Shown here piece after piece: positions 44,369-53,083 of a DNA stretch of 64,000 nt. The notes below the pieces were generated by a model that saw only the letters and a list, made by a program, of their open reading frames with translations, was not told where the DNA came from and did not search any database. The DNA is from Thermoplasmata archaeon (lineage in GTDB: Archaea; Thermoplasmatota; Thermoplasmata; Lutacidiplasmatales; UBA184): the NCBI GenBank assembly GCA_035507575.1, contig DATJNY010000063.1, positions 55 to 64,054 of the forward strand. The letters run 5' to 3'. The translations under genes were made by a program, and so were the position numbers. Each line of letters opens with the position of its first letter. Positions within the stretch are counted from its first letter, which is position 1.

Positions 44369-45286
44369 ATGGCGACGGAATCTCCACGCCCGTTCTATTT
44401 CCCGGCGGCGACGTCCCGCCCGTTGCGTCCGCCCGAGCTGACGGACCAGCCGGCCCGGGTCCCGACGGGCGTGCCGGATTTTGACTACCTGACCGGGGGA
44501 CTTCCGGCCGGATCGGTCGTGCTGCTCTTCGGCGCCGCGGGCGCCGGGCACCAGGAGTTCGCGCTGACCTCCGCCGTCCACCTCATGCTACGGTTCGACG
44601 ACCCCCGGCTGCACCAGTTCTACTTGGGGAATGCGAAGGGGCCGTTCGTCTTTCCCGACGCGGTGGAGTACGTCAGCACGAGCCGATCTCGGGAGCAGGT
44701 GATGAGCGAGCTCCGCGGCGCCTTCGACGGGACCTACCCGAGCGTCCTGAGCCGCCACCTCACGTTCCGCGACGTCTCGCCGGCGTACTTCGCCGACACT
44801 CCGGTACCACCGTCGTGGTCGTCGGTGCCGAGCGCCCTCCTTTCGGGCGCCCCGGCCCAGACGAGTCCGGCCGAGGATCCCCTGCGGGCCGTCGCCGACG
44901 CCGTGGAGGCGTGCGGCGACAATCACCTCGTCATCCTGGACTCGCTGACGGACCTCCTCGTCCGACGCGGAGTCGACGACGCCGACGTGCTGACACTCAC
45001 GAAGGGACTGCGCCGGCGGGCGAAGGAGTGGGGCGGGATCGTCTACCTGATCCTTTCCGAGGGCGTCGCCCCGCCGCACGTCGAGCAGGCCGTGATCGAC
45101 TCGGTGGACGGCGTGCTCCACTTCAACTGGATGTCGAGCCCGACCCACTCCCACCGGCAGCGGGCGATGCTGATCGAGAAGTTCATGCCGGTGCTGTCGC
45201 GGCTCCCCGCCGAGCACCAGGGACGCTTCGTGATCCGGGTCAATGCGAAGAACGGGCTGGTGACGACGCAGTATGAGCGGGTCTGA
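44369..45286 (+). CDS. KaiC/RadA-superfamily protein with degenerate Walker A (predicted pseudo-ATPase)
   Basis: 'VPTGVPDFDYLTGGLPAGSVVLLFGAAGAGHQEF' parallels the next gene, but Lys-Thr is replaced by His-Gln (nt 44531-44554). Walker-B-like 'HLVILDSL' is kept. Start trimmed to the ATG at 44369. Confidence 0.65.
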   Translation: MATESPRPFYFPAATSRPLRPPELTDQPARVPTGVPDFDYLTGGLPAGSVVLLFGAAGAGHQEFALTSAVHLMLRFDDPRLHQFYLGNAKGPFVFPDAVEYVSTSRSREQVMSELRGAFDGTYPSVLSRHLTFRDVSPAYFADTPVPPSWSSVPSALLSGAPAQTSPAEDPLRAVADAVEACGDNHLVILDSLTDLLVRRGVDDADVLTLTKGLRRRAKEWGGIVYLILSEGVAPPHVEQAVIDSVDGVLHFNWMSSPTHSHRQRAMLIEKFMPVLSRLPAEHQGRFVIRVNAKNGLVTTQYERV

Positions 45287-45998
45287 GACGAACCGGCCCA
45301 AGGTTCCGACCGGGATCCCCGGGCTCGACGAGATGCTCGGGGGCGGCTTTCCCGAGGGGCACGTGGTGCTGGTCACGGGATTGCCGGGGACCGGGAAGAC
45401 GTGCTTCGGGCTCCAGTTCCTGCTCGCGGGCGCCGCCGCGGGGGAGAAGGGGGTCTTCCTCTCGCTCGAGGAGGACACCCCGCAGCTGCTCGAGAGCGCC
45501 CGCCAGTTCCACTGGCCCGTCGACGCCGCCGTGGAGAAGGGGTCGCTCAAGGTCGTGCGACTCGATCCCCGCGAGACACGGCAGAGCCTGCATCGCGTCC
45601 AGGGCGAGCTCGGAAAGGAACTCGCCTCGATGGGGGCGAAGCGGATCGTCGTCGACTCGGTGTCCCTGCTCAACATGCTCAGCGACGACGAGCCGAACCG
45701 GCGCGCGACGCTCTTCGCCCTGGCCGGCGCGTGCCGGCAGGCCGGCGCGACCACCGTGCTGACGGCCGAGGCGGACCCGCTGCACCCCGAGGTGAGCCGC
45801 GACGGACTCTCCGAGTACGTCTCCGACGGAGTGCTGCTCCTGGGGTACAGCTCCGGCCCCGACGGGCACCGCGTCGGGCTCTCACTGCGCATCCTGAAGA
45901 TGCGCCGGACCGCCCATGCCCGCACCGTCCAGCCGTACGCCATCGGTCCGACCGGGCTCGTGGTCGACGCCAAAGCGGTCGACTTCGGCGGGGCCTGA
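45273..45998 (+). CDS. KaiC-like single-domain RecA-superfamily ATPase
   Basis: 'VPTGIPGLDEMLGGGFPEGHVVLVTGLPGTGKTCFGLQF' (Walker A), 'GVFLSLEE' and Walker B 'RIVVDSV'. 14-nt overlap with the previous gene. Confidence 0.8.
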   Translation: MSGSETNRPKVPTGIPGLDEMLGGGFPEGHVVLVTGLPGTGKTCFGLQFLLAGAAAGEKGVFLSLEEDTPQLLESARQFHWPVDAAVEKGSLKVVRLDPRETRQSLHRVQGELGKELASMGAKRIVVDSVSLLNMLSDDEPNRRATLFALAGACRQAGATTVLTAEADPLHPEVSRDGLSEYVSDGVLLLGYSSGPDGHRVGLSLRILKMRRTAHARTVQPYAIGPTGLVVDAKAVDFGGA

Positions 45999-46051
45999 CC
46001 GCGCGGAAAACCCAAGTCGCTCGATCGTCTCCGTCCGGCGGGGCGAGCCGG

Positions 46052-47167
46052 ATGCACGTCACCATCTACGTCGATCTCGACGCCTACTACGTCTCGTGCG
46101 AGTTGCGGGAACGGCCCGAGCTCGTCGGCCGGCCCGTGATCGTCGGTCCCCCGCCTCAGGAAGGACCCACGCGGGGGGTCGTGCTCTCCGCGAGCTACGA
46201 GGCGCGCAAGTTCGGCATCCACAGCGCCCAGCCGGCCGGGCAGGCGGCGCGCCTCTGCCCCGATGCGATCTGGATCCGGCCCGATCACGCGAAGTACGCG
46301 CGGGTGGCCGAGGAGGTCCGCTCGCTCCTCGCCTCCTTCTCGTCCGAGGTGATCCCGCTCTCGATCGACGAGGCGGCGATCGGCGCGGACGTGGAACGAC
46401 TCGACGACGCCCGCGCGCTCGCCGAACGGGTGCAGGCGGGGCTGCGCTCGACCCTCTCCCTACCGGCCTCGATCGGGGTCGCCACGACCCGGACGGTCGC
46501 GAAGATCGCGACGGACCGGGCGAAGCCGGGGGGAATCGTCGTGGTCCCTCCCGGCAGTGAAGCCGCGTTCCTGGCCCCGCTCCCCGTGCGCGCGATCCCC
46601 GGGGTCGGGCCGAAGACGGAGGAACTGTTCGCGCGTGCCGGAGTCCGCACGATCGGGGAGCTGGCGGCGCGCAAGGCGTCCGAGCTGGCCCGGACGGTGG
46701 GGCCGTCCGCCCGATACTGGATCCAGATCGCCCGGGGAGAGGGCCGGGACCCGGTCGAGGTGGATCCGGGACCCCGATCCCGCTCCACCGATCGCACCTT
46801 CGAGCGCGACGTGGACAGCGCGGAGGAACTCGAGCGCGCGATCCGCGGCCTCGCGGCGGACCTCGCCGAGAGCCTCGACCGCGAGGAGCTCCGCTACGCG
46901 ACCGTCGGCGTGGCGTTCCGGTGGGCCGACTTCACGCGCACCCAGCGAAGTCGGTCGTTGGGCGCGGCCACGGAAGGGGTCGCTCCCCTCGAGTCGGCCG
47001 CGCTCCGACTCGGTCGGGAATTGCTGGAGGGCGAGCGCTCGGGTCGGGGTCGGGCCGTTCGTACGGTTTCGGTGCGGGTCGAGCGGCTCATCCCGCGCAG
47101 CCAGCGGCAGGTCTCGCTGGATGAGTTTCCGGGCCCACCGGAGCGCGGCCGTCCGGGAGTTCAATAG
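46052..47167 (+). CDS. dinB: Y-family DNA polymerase IV (Dbh/Dpo4-type)
   Basis: 'IYVDLDAYYVSCE', 'PVIVG', 'SIDEAAI', 'ASIGVATTRTVAKIATD', 'IPGVGPKT'. Start trimmed to the ATG at 46052. Confidence 0.9.
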   Translation: MHVTIYVDLDAYYVSCELRERPELVGRPVIVGPPPQEGPTRGVVLSASYEARKFGIHSAQPAGQAARLCPDAIWIRPDHAKYARVAEEVRSLLASFSSEVIPLSIDEAAIGADVERLDDARALAERVQAGLRSTLSLPASIGVATTRTVAKIATDRAKPGGIVVVPPGSEAAFLAPLPVRAIPGVGPKTEELFARAGVRTIGELAARKASELARTVGPSARYWIQIARGEGRDPVEVDPGPRSRSTDRTFERDVDSAEELERAIRGLAADLAESLDREELRYATVGVAFRWADFTRTQRSRSLGAATEGVAPLESAALRLGRELLEGERSGRGRAVRTVSVRVERLIPRSQRQVSLDEFPGPPERGRPGVQ

Positions 47168-47193
47168 GTCCGCCGCCGTCCGGTCGACGAACG

Positions 47194-48225
47194 ATGTCCG
47201 AGTTCCGTAGGGACCCGTTCACCGGCCGATGGCGGATCCTCGCCGAAGGTCGGGCCGCTCGTCCGAACCAGTACGGGGGACCTCCCGCCGCCCAGGCGAC
47301 CGCGGAAGACTGCCCGTTCTGCGAAGGCCACGAAGACCGCACCCCGCCCGAGGAGGCGGCGGTTCGCCCCGCGGGCCTCCCCCCGAACGGACCCGGCTGG
47401 ACCGTGCGGTCGTTCCCCAACAAGTTTCCCTCGGTCGCCCCGGAGACCCGGCTCGAGGGTCCCGCGGTGGTCCCACCGTTCGAACGCGGCCCCGGGAGGG
47501 GCTTCCACGAGGTCATCGTCGAGGCTCCGGCCCATGCCCCCGATCTCCCGTACCTGTCCGACGAGCAGGCGCACACGCTCTTTCGATTCCTCCGCGACCG
47601 AGTACGCGCTCTCTCGGCCCGTCCCGGGATCGGGAACGTCTTGCTGTTCGAGAACCGGGGACCCGAGTCCGGGGGCACGCTGCCGCACCCGCACGCGCAG
47701 ATCATGGCGACCGAGCCGCGACCCGCCCGGATCGACGAGGAAGTGGAGGCGTTCCGTCGGGGCAACCTCTTCGGAGGCGACGGCTGTCGCCTCGAAGCGG
47801 TCGTGGACGCGGAGCGGAGGCAACGGTCCCGGATCGTCGGGGAGGGCCCCGAGTTCGTCGCGTTCGCTCCGTTCGCCTCCGAGTACCCCTACGAGGTCTG
47901 GTTCGTCCCCCGTCGGCACGCCCGGTCCTTCGTGGACGCGAGCGACCGAGAGGTCGACGCGCTCGCCCGATGCCTGCCCGCCGTGCTGCGCGCGATCGAT
48001 CGCCAGCGCGGGATCGTCTCCTACAATTGGTTCGTCCACGGCCATCTCCCCACGCCCGGCTCCTGGGATCGGTTCCACTGGCATCTCGAGGTCGCGCCGC
48101 GACTCGTCCGGGCCGACGGTTACGAACTCGGTTCCGGCGTCGCGGTGAACCCGGTGGCGCCGGAGCGGGTCGCCGAGGAGCTCCGCCCTCTCGTGGCGAC
48201 GGCGTTCGGCGGCCAGCAACCCTAA
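47194..48225 (+). CDS. galT: Galactose-1-phosphate uridylyltransferase family (GalT-type HIT) nucleotidyltransferase
   Basis: 'RRDPFTGRWRILAEGRAARP', zinc motif 'CPFCEGHE' and active site 'HPHAQIMA'. Confidence 0.8.
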   Translation: MSEFRRDPFTGRWRILAEGRAARPNQYGGPPAAQATAEDCPFCEGHEDRTPPEEAAVRPAGLPPNGPGWTVRSFPNKFPSVAPETRLEGPAVVPPFERGPGRGFHEVIVEAPAHAPDLPYLSDEQAHTLFRFLRDRVRALSARPGIGNVLLFENRGPESGGTLPHPHAQIMATEPRPARIDEEVEAFRRGNLFGGDGCRLEAVVDAERRQRSRIVGEGPEFVAFAPFASEYPYEVWFVPRRHARSFVDASDREVDALARCLPAVLRAIDRQRGIVSYNWFVHGHLPTPGSWDRFHWHLEVAPRLVRADGYELGSGVAVNPVAPERVAEELRPLVATAFGGQQP

Positions 48226-48249
48226 AGGTTCGGTTCCGGTCGTACGGCC

Positions 48250-50013
48250 GTGTCCGAGCTTCGCGAGCCGATCGTCTCGCTCCTGGGTCATGTCGACCAC
48301 GGGAAGACGACGCTGCTCGACCGCATCGCCGGGAGCGTCCGGGCTTCGAAGGAAGCCGGCGGGATCACCCAGCATATCGGCGCCATCGAGGTGCCGGGTC
48401 CGACGGTGCGACGCCTCTGCGAGGGGATCCTCTCGTCCGGTCAGCTCGCCGTGCCGGGCCTCCTGTTCGTCGACACGCCCGGCCACCGCTCGTTCGAGAC
48501 GCTCCGACGCCGGGGCGGTGCCCTCGCGGACCTCGCCGTCCTCGTCGTCGACGTCCGCGAGGGGATGATGCCGCAGACGCGCGAGTCGATCCAGATCCTG
48601 CGGCACGAAAAGACCCCGTTCGCGGTCGCGCTCACGAAGATCGATTTGCTGAGTGGATGGAGGAAGCCGTCGAGCCCGCTCCCGGTGCTCGAGCAGATCG
48701 CCCGCTCGGCACCGGAATTCGGCCGGGCCCTCGATCAGCATCTCTACTCCGTCGCCGAGGAGCTGGTGCAGGTCGGGTTCTCCGCGGAGCGATTCGATCG
48801 CGTGAGCGATTTCACCCGAAACGTCGGGATCGTACCCGTCTCGGCCAAGACCGGAGTGGGGGTTCCCGAACTCATCGCGCTGCTCGTGGGGCTCTCGCAG
48901 CGGTTCCTACGGGAGGAGCTCGCCCTCGTCACGGAGGGCGGCGAGGCGACGATCCTCGAACGGAGCGACCAGAAGGGGATCGGCCCCGTGGGGAACGTCA
49001 TCGTCTACCGCGGACGACTCAAGGTCGGCGACGAGATCGTCGCGACCGGCCGCAGCGAGCCGTTCACGACGCGGGTCCGAGGCATCTACCGACCGATCCC
49101 GCTCAAGCCCGGGACCGGCTCGAAGCAGGTGAAGCTCACCGCGTTCGACGAGGTGCTCGCCGCGGCGGGAGTGTATCTTTCCGCCCCCGGCATCGAGGAC
49201 GCGATGCCGGGCGGCCTGCTCAAGGTCGTGCGCACGCCCGACGAGGTCGAGCGGGTGCGGGTCGAGCTGGCGCGCGAGGCCCAACCCGTGGCGGAGCTCG
49301 CCGAGAGCGGGGTGGCGATCCTGGCGGATGCGCTGGGAGGTCTCGAAGCGCTGGCGTTCGAGTGCCGGGAGAACAAGATCCCGATCCACGAGGCGACGGT
49401 CGGGCCCGTCGGCCGCTCGACGATCATCCGGATGGCAACGGTGAAGGACCCGTCGCATCGCGCCGTGCTCGCGTTCAACGTCCCCGTGCTGCCCGACGCC
49501 CAGCCCGAGGGGGACGCCGGACCGGTGCGGATCCTGCGGAGCGACGTGATGTACCGCCTGATCGAGGAGTACGTCACCTGGCGCGACCAGCGCCTGCGCG
49601 CGCTCGACGCGCAACGGCGGCTCGAGCTGGTCCACCCCGCGAAGCTCGAGGTGCTCGAGGGGTTCGTCTTCCGCGCCTCGAAGCCGGCGATCGTCGGCGT
49701 AAAGGTGCTGGGCGGCACCCTGCGACCGGGCGTGCGACTCATGCGCACCGACGGCACCGAGGTCGGAGTGCTGAAGGCCCTCCAGAAGGACGGCGCATCG
49801 GTCTCCGCCGCGGAGGAGTCGAGCGAGCTCGCCGCGTCGATCGACGGGGCGGTGATCGGGCGCAATCTCAAGGAAGGAGACCAGTTGCTCGTCGCGATCC
49901 CGGAGTCGGCGGCGCGCCGACTCCGCAAGCAGACCCTCACTCCGCGCGAGTCCGAGATCCTCGAGGAAGTCGCCCGACTCCATCGGCCCGCGCACCCGTT
50001 CTGGGGCCAGTGA
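48250..50013 (+). CDS. infB: Translation initiation factor aIF5B (IF-2)
   Basis: G1 'GHVDHGKTTLLD', G3 'DTPGH' and G4 'TKID'. Four-domain length of 587 aa. GTG start. Confidence 0.9.
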   Translation: MSELREPIVSLLGHVDHGKTTLLDRIAGSVRASKEAGGITQHIGAIEVPGPTVRRLCEGILSSGQLAVPGLLFVDTPGHRSFETLRRRGGALADLAVLVVDVREGMMPQTRESIQILRHEKTPFAVALTKIDLLSGWRKPSSPLPVLEQIARSAPEFGRALDQHLYSVAEELVQVGFSAERFDRVSDFTRNVGIVPVSAKTGVGVPELIALLVGLSQRFLREELALVTEGGEATILERSDQKGIGPVGNVIVYRGRLKVGDEIVATGRSEPFTTRVRGIYRPIPLKPGTGSKQVKLTAFDEVLAAAGVYLSAPGIEDAMPGGLLKVVRTPDEVERVRVELAREAQPVAELAESGVAILADALGGLEALAFECRENKIPIHEATVGPVGRSTIIRMATVKDPSHRAVLAFNVPVLPDAQPEGDAGPVRILRSDVMYRLIEEYVTWRDQRLRALDAQRRLELVHPAKLEVLEGFVFRASKPAIVGVKVLGGTLRPGVRLMRTDGTEVGVLKALQKDGASVSAAEESSELAASIDGAVIGRNLKEGDQLLVAIPESAARRLRKQTLTPRESEILEEVARLHRPAHPFWGQ

Positions 50014-50023
50014 GATCGGGGAT

Positions 50024-50665
50024 TCAGTCCGCTCCGCCGCCCTCGGGGGGCGGGGGTTCCTCCTCGTCGTCGAACTCGTCGAGCTCGGGATCGTCGAACT
50101 CGGCCGGCGGCCCGCGGGCCCCCGAGTAGATCCCCTGGGGGAGGAAGATCCCGAGAAAGATCCCGACCCCCCCGATCGCGATCAGGACCACGGCTCCGAG
50201 CACCGGAAGGAAGAACCCCCAGGTGGGATCGCTCAGGGCGCTCGTCGTGTACGTTTCGATCAGCGAGCCCGAGAACGTGGCCGGGGTCGCGTTGGGGTTC
50301 GTGATGTTCAGGAACAGCGGGAACGAGAGCGGGCCGCTCGCCGACCAGCTGCCCGAGCTCTCCCACCAGGACGCGATCGCGTGGCCGCTCGCGCACGACT
50401 TGGTGGTGCTGCCCGGACAAGGCACGGAGGGGAACACGGTGACGAGCAGCGACGTCGTCGCGGACCAGACGAGATGCGTGCTCGCCGAGGAATCGTTCGT
50501 CCCCGCGAGCTGCGGAGTGTACGAGGAGTGGCCGGCGAGGTTGGAGACCGCGATCGGGTCGAAGTTCATGCGCGTCGGGCCCGTCGAGAAGGTGAACGAC
50601 GCGATCAGCACGCCGGCGCCGACGATCGCCACCGCGGTACCGACGGCAAAGAGGCCCGCCCGCAC
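50024..50665 (-). CDS. Hypothetical membrane-anchored protein with acidic C-terminal tail
   Basis: N-terminal TM 'LFAVGTAVAIVGAGVLIASF', a Ser/Thr-rich middle with N-X-S/T sites, a second TM 'FFLPVLGAVVLIAIGGVGIFLGIFL', and the tail 'EFDDPELDEFDDEEEPPPP'. GTG start. Confidence 0.5.
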   Translation of the reverse strand: MRAGLFAVGTAVAIVGAGVLIASFTFSTGPTRMNFDPIAVSNLAGHSSYTPQLAGTNDSSASTHLVWSATTSLLVTVFPSVPCPGSTTKSCASGHAIASWWESSGSWSASGPLSFPLFLNITNPNATPATFSGSLIETYTTSALSDPTWGFFLPVLGAVVLIAIGGVGIFLGIFLPQGIYSGARGPPAEFDDPELDEFDDEEEPPPPEGGGAD

Positions 50666-50745
50666 GGCGCGGACCTACCCGACACCCGAGAAATAGGTTT
50701 ACCGACAACGGGTGCGTTTGTCGCCCGACTGGTCTTGGACGAAAA

Positions 50746-50754
50746 CTCATAAAC
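50746..50754 (+). promoter_or_regulatory. TATA-like box (CTCATAAAC) of tfb
   Basis: About 28 nt upstream of the GTG at 50777, consistent with a leaderless mRNA. Confidence 0.45.
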
Positions 50755-50776
50755 TGGTGAGGCCCCCGGTATAGCC

Positions 50777-51760
50777 GTGACAGACCCTGTCACGCGGGGC
50801 GCTCCGGGAGCGCTCGAGGCGGCACCGAAGGGGCCGGCGTGCCCCATGTGCGGGAGCGCCCACCGCATCGTCGACCCGATTCGCTCCGAAACTCACTGCG
50901 CGGAGTGCGGCCTCGTGTTCGAGACCACGGAGATCCTCGCGACGCCACCGCCGATCGTCGAGTCGTCCGGTTCCGAAGGCAGCGGTCGCGGGATCGGTCC
51001 GTTCGTTCCCCCGGGCGGCTCGAAGCGGGCGCTCGGGTCGACGCTGACGACCGTGCGCGACGGCCAGGGGAAGCGTCTCGATTGGCACCGGCGCTACGAG
51101 TTCCAGCACCTGAAGCGGGTGATGCAACGACAGACCTCCCGCGCCGCCGACGGGGGCATCGACCGCTCCCCCGCTCGCAACGAGATCATCGTGGCGGTCG
51201 AGCGGCTCAGCCTCCCGCCCGTGATCCAGGCCGAGGCCGAGCACGTCTTCCGCGAGTCGAAGCAGCGGGGTCTCTTCCGAGGCCGCAGCCTTCCCGCCAG
51301 CGTCGGGGCGGCGCTCTACGTCGCCTGCCGCCGGTTCTCGATCCCCCGGACGCTCGGTGAGGTGGCCGAAGCCGTCGGGGCGAAGCGCTCGGAGGTCGGG
51401 CGCACTTTCAAGGTGATCCAGCGCGGCACCGGCCTGAGCGTTCCCAGCGTCGGCACCAAAGCGTTCCTGGGCCGGTACGCTCAGGAGCTCGCGCTCTCGC
51501 CGTGGGTCCGTTCCACGGTCGAAGCGATGCTGGACGAGGCCCGCGACGACCCCGAGCTGTCCGGACTCTCCCCGCACGGACTCGTCGCGGCCCTCATCTA
51601 TCTCGCCGCCGAGAAGCACGGCGAACGCCGCTCCCGAGCCCAGGTAGCGCGAGTGAGCGCGGTCACCGAAGTGACGCTCCGATCGACGAGCCGCTTGCTC
51701 GAGAAGGTATGGGGTCGCCGGGGGCTCCCGTCCTCGCTCGAGACCGAGCCCCCGCGTTGA
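50777..51760 (+). CDS. tfb: Transcription initiation factor IIB (TFB)
   Basis: Zn ribbon 'CPMCGS..(13)..CAECG' followed by two cyclin-like repeats. GTG start about 28 nt downstream of an A/T-rich box. Confidence 0.9.
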   Translation: MTDPVTRGAPGALEAAPKGPACPMCGSAHRIVDPIRSETHCAECGLVFETTEILATPPPIVESSGSEGSGRGIGPFVPPGGSKRALGSTLTTVRDGQGKRLDWHRRYEFQHLKRVMQRQTSRAADGGIDRSPARNEIIVAVERLSLPPVIQAEAEHVFRESKQRGLFRGRSLPASVGAALYVACRRFSIPRTLGEVAEAVGAKRSEVGRTFKVIQRGTGLSVPSVGTKAFLGRYAQELALSPWVRSTVEAMLDEARDDPELSGLSPHGLVAALIYLAAEKHGERRSRAQVARVSAVTEVTLRSTSRLLEKVWGRRGLPSSLETEPPR

Positions 51761-51928
51761 GACTCGGTCGCCCCCAAAGGCGCGGCGTTTAACCCGCTCG
51801 CCCCTTGAGGGAACGCGGAGTCCCGTGCGTCCTCGAGGTGGTCGGTCGGGCGGCACGTACGACGGGTCTGCTCGATCGGCGCGCGCCCGGAGCGTAGGGC
51901 GTGCCGCGCCGCGGCCACCCGGGGAGGG

Positions 51929-53083
51929 ATGTTGACCGACCCGACCGTTTCGATCGTCTGGGACGACCGGTTCCGGGCGTACGACCTCGGGGTGGAGCAC
52001 CCGTTCTCCGAGCGCAGCCGCGCGCTCGCCGCGGAACTCCTCGCCACGACGCTGGGCGACGACGGACCCGCCACGTGGATCCGGTCGGTGGCGCCGGCCG
52101 ATCGGGCGCTCCTCGAGCTGTTCCACCATCCCTCGTACGTCGACTTCGTGGGGCGGGCGAGCGGGTACGAGAATCCGATCCTGCTCGATGCCGGCGACAC
52201 CCCCTCGTTCCCCGGTTGCTACGAGGAAGCGGCACGGCTCGTCGAGGGCGCCAGTCAGGCGTTCGACCAGACGTTCCGCACCTCGCGGCCCGCGTTCCAC
52301 CCCGCCGGGGGGCTTCACCACGCTCGCCCGGACCGGGCGAGCGGGTTCTGCATCTTCAACGATGTCGCGGTGATCGTCGCTCGCGCCGTCGAGCGAGGGC
52401 ATCGGGTCGCGTATCTGGACATCGATGCCCACCACGGCGACGGGGTGATGTACGGGTTCTACGACTCCGGCAAGGTCCTCGACATCGACATCCACCAGGA
52501 CGGCCGGACGCTCTTCCCCGGCACCGGATTCCCCTCCGAGACGGGGAAGGGCGACGGGTCCGGACTCAAGGTGAATCTCCCCCTCCCTCCGCTCACCGGC
52601 AACGAAGCGCTCGTGCCGCTCTTCCTTCGGGTGGTGCCGCCGCTCCTGCGGTCGTTCCGCCCCGAGGTGATCGTGCTGCAACACGGCGTCGACGGGCACG
52701 CCGGCGACGCGCTGGCTCACTTACAATACACTCCGGAAGCGTACGTCGAAATCGATCGCGCCGTTCTTGCGTTGGCGCGCGAAATCTCCGGAGGACGACT
52801 CGTCGTCACCGGCGGAGGGGGATACCGCGCGAGCGCCGTCAGCCGCGTGCTCGCCCGCACCGGGCTCGTGCTCGCCGGGGCAACCGTGCCGGACGACCGG
52901 AGCGAGCTCGCCGAGTCCTGGCGCTCGTCCTACCGGCAAACGATTGGCGAGCTCCCGCCTCGGACGTGGGGGGAGCCGGAACAGCCGAGCGGGTCCCGCT
53001 GGCGCCCCGAACACGAGACGAAGCTCATCGAGGAGCTCGAACGGCGCCTCGGGACGAAATTTCCCGCGCTCCGCCGGGACTAG
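51929..53083 (+). CDS. Histone deacetylase / acetoin utilisation (AcuC) family deacetylase
   Basis: 'GGLHHARPDRASGFCIFNDVAV', 'YLDIDAHHGDG' and 'GGGGY' motifs. Confidence 0.85.
   Translation: MLTDPTVSIVWDDRFRAYDLGVEHPFSERSRALAAELLATTLGDDGPATWIRSVAPADRALLELFHHPSYVDFVGRASGYENPILLDAGDTPSFPGCYEEAARLVEGASQAFDQTFRTSRPAFHPAGGLHHARPDRASGFCIFNDVAVIVARAVERGHRVAYLDIDAHHGDGVMYGFYDSGKVLDIDIHQDGRTLFPGTGFPSETGKGDGSGLKVNLPLPPLTGNEALVPLFLRVVPPLLRSFRPEVIVLQHGVDGHAGDALAHLQYTPEAYVEIDRAVLALAREISGGRLVVTGGGGYRASAVSRVLARTGLVLAGATVPDDRSELAESWRSSYRQTIGELPPRTWGEPEQPSGSRWRPEHETKLIEELERRLGTKFPALRRD

Noticed and set aside
47229-50129. 966-aa plus-strand ORF overlapping galT and infB in another frame
   Set aside because: Arg/Gly/Pro-dominated with no motifs. 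The galT and infB frames have clear catalytic and G-domain motifs.
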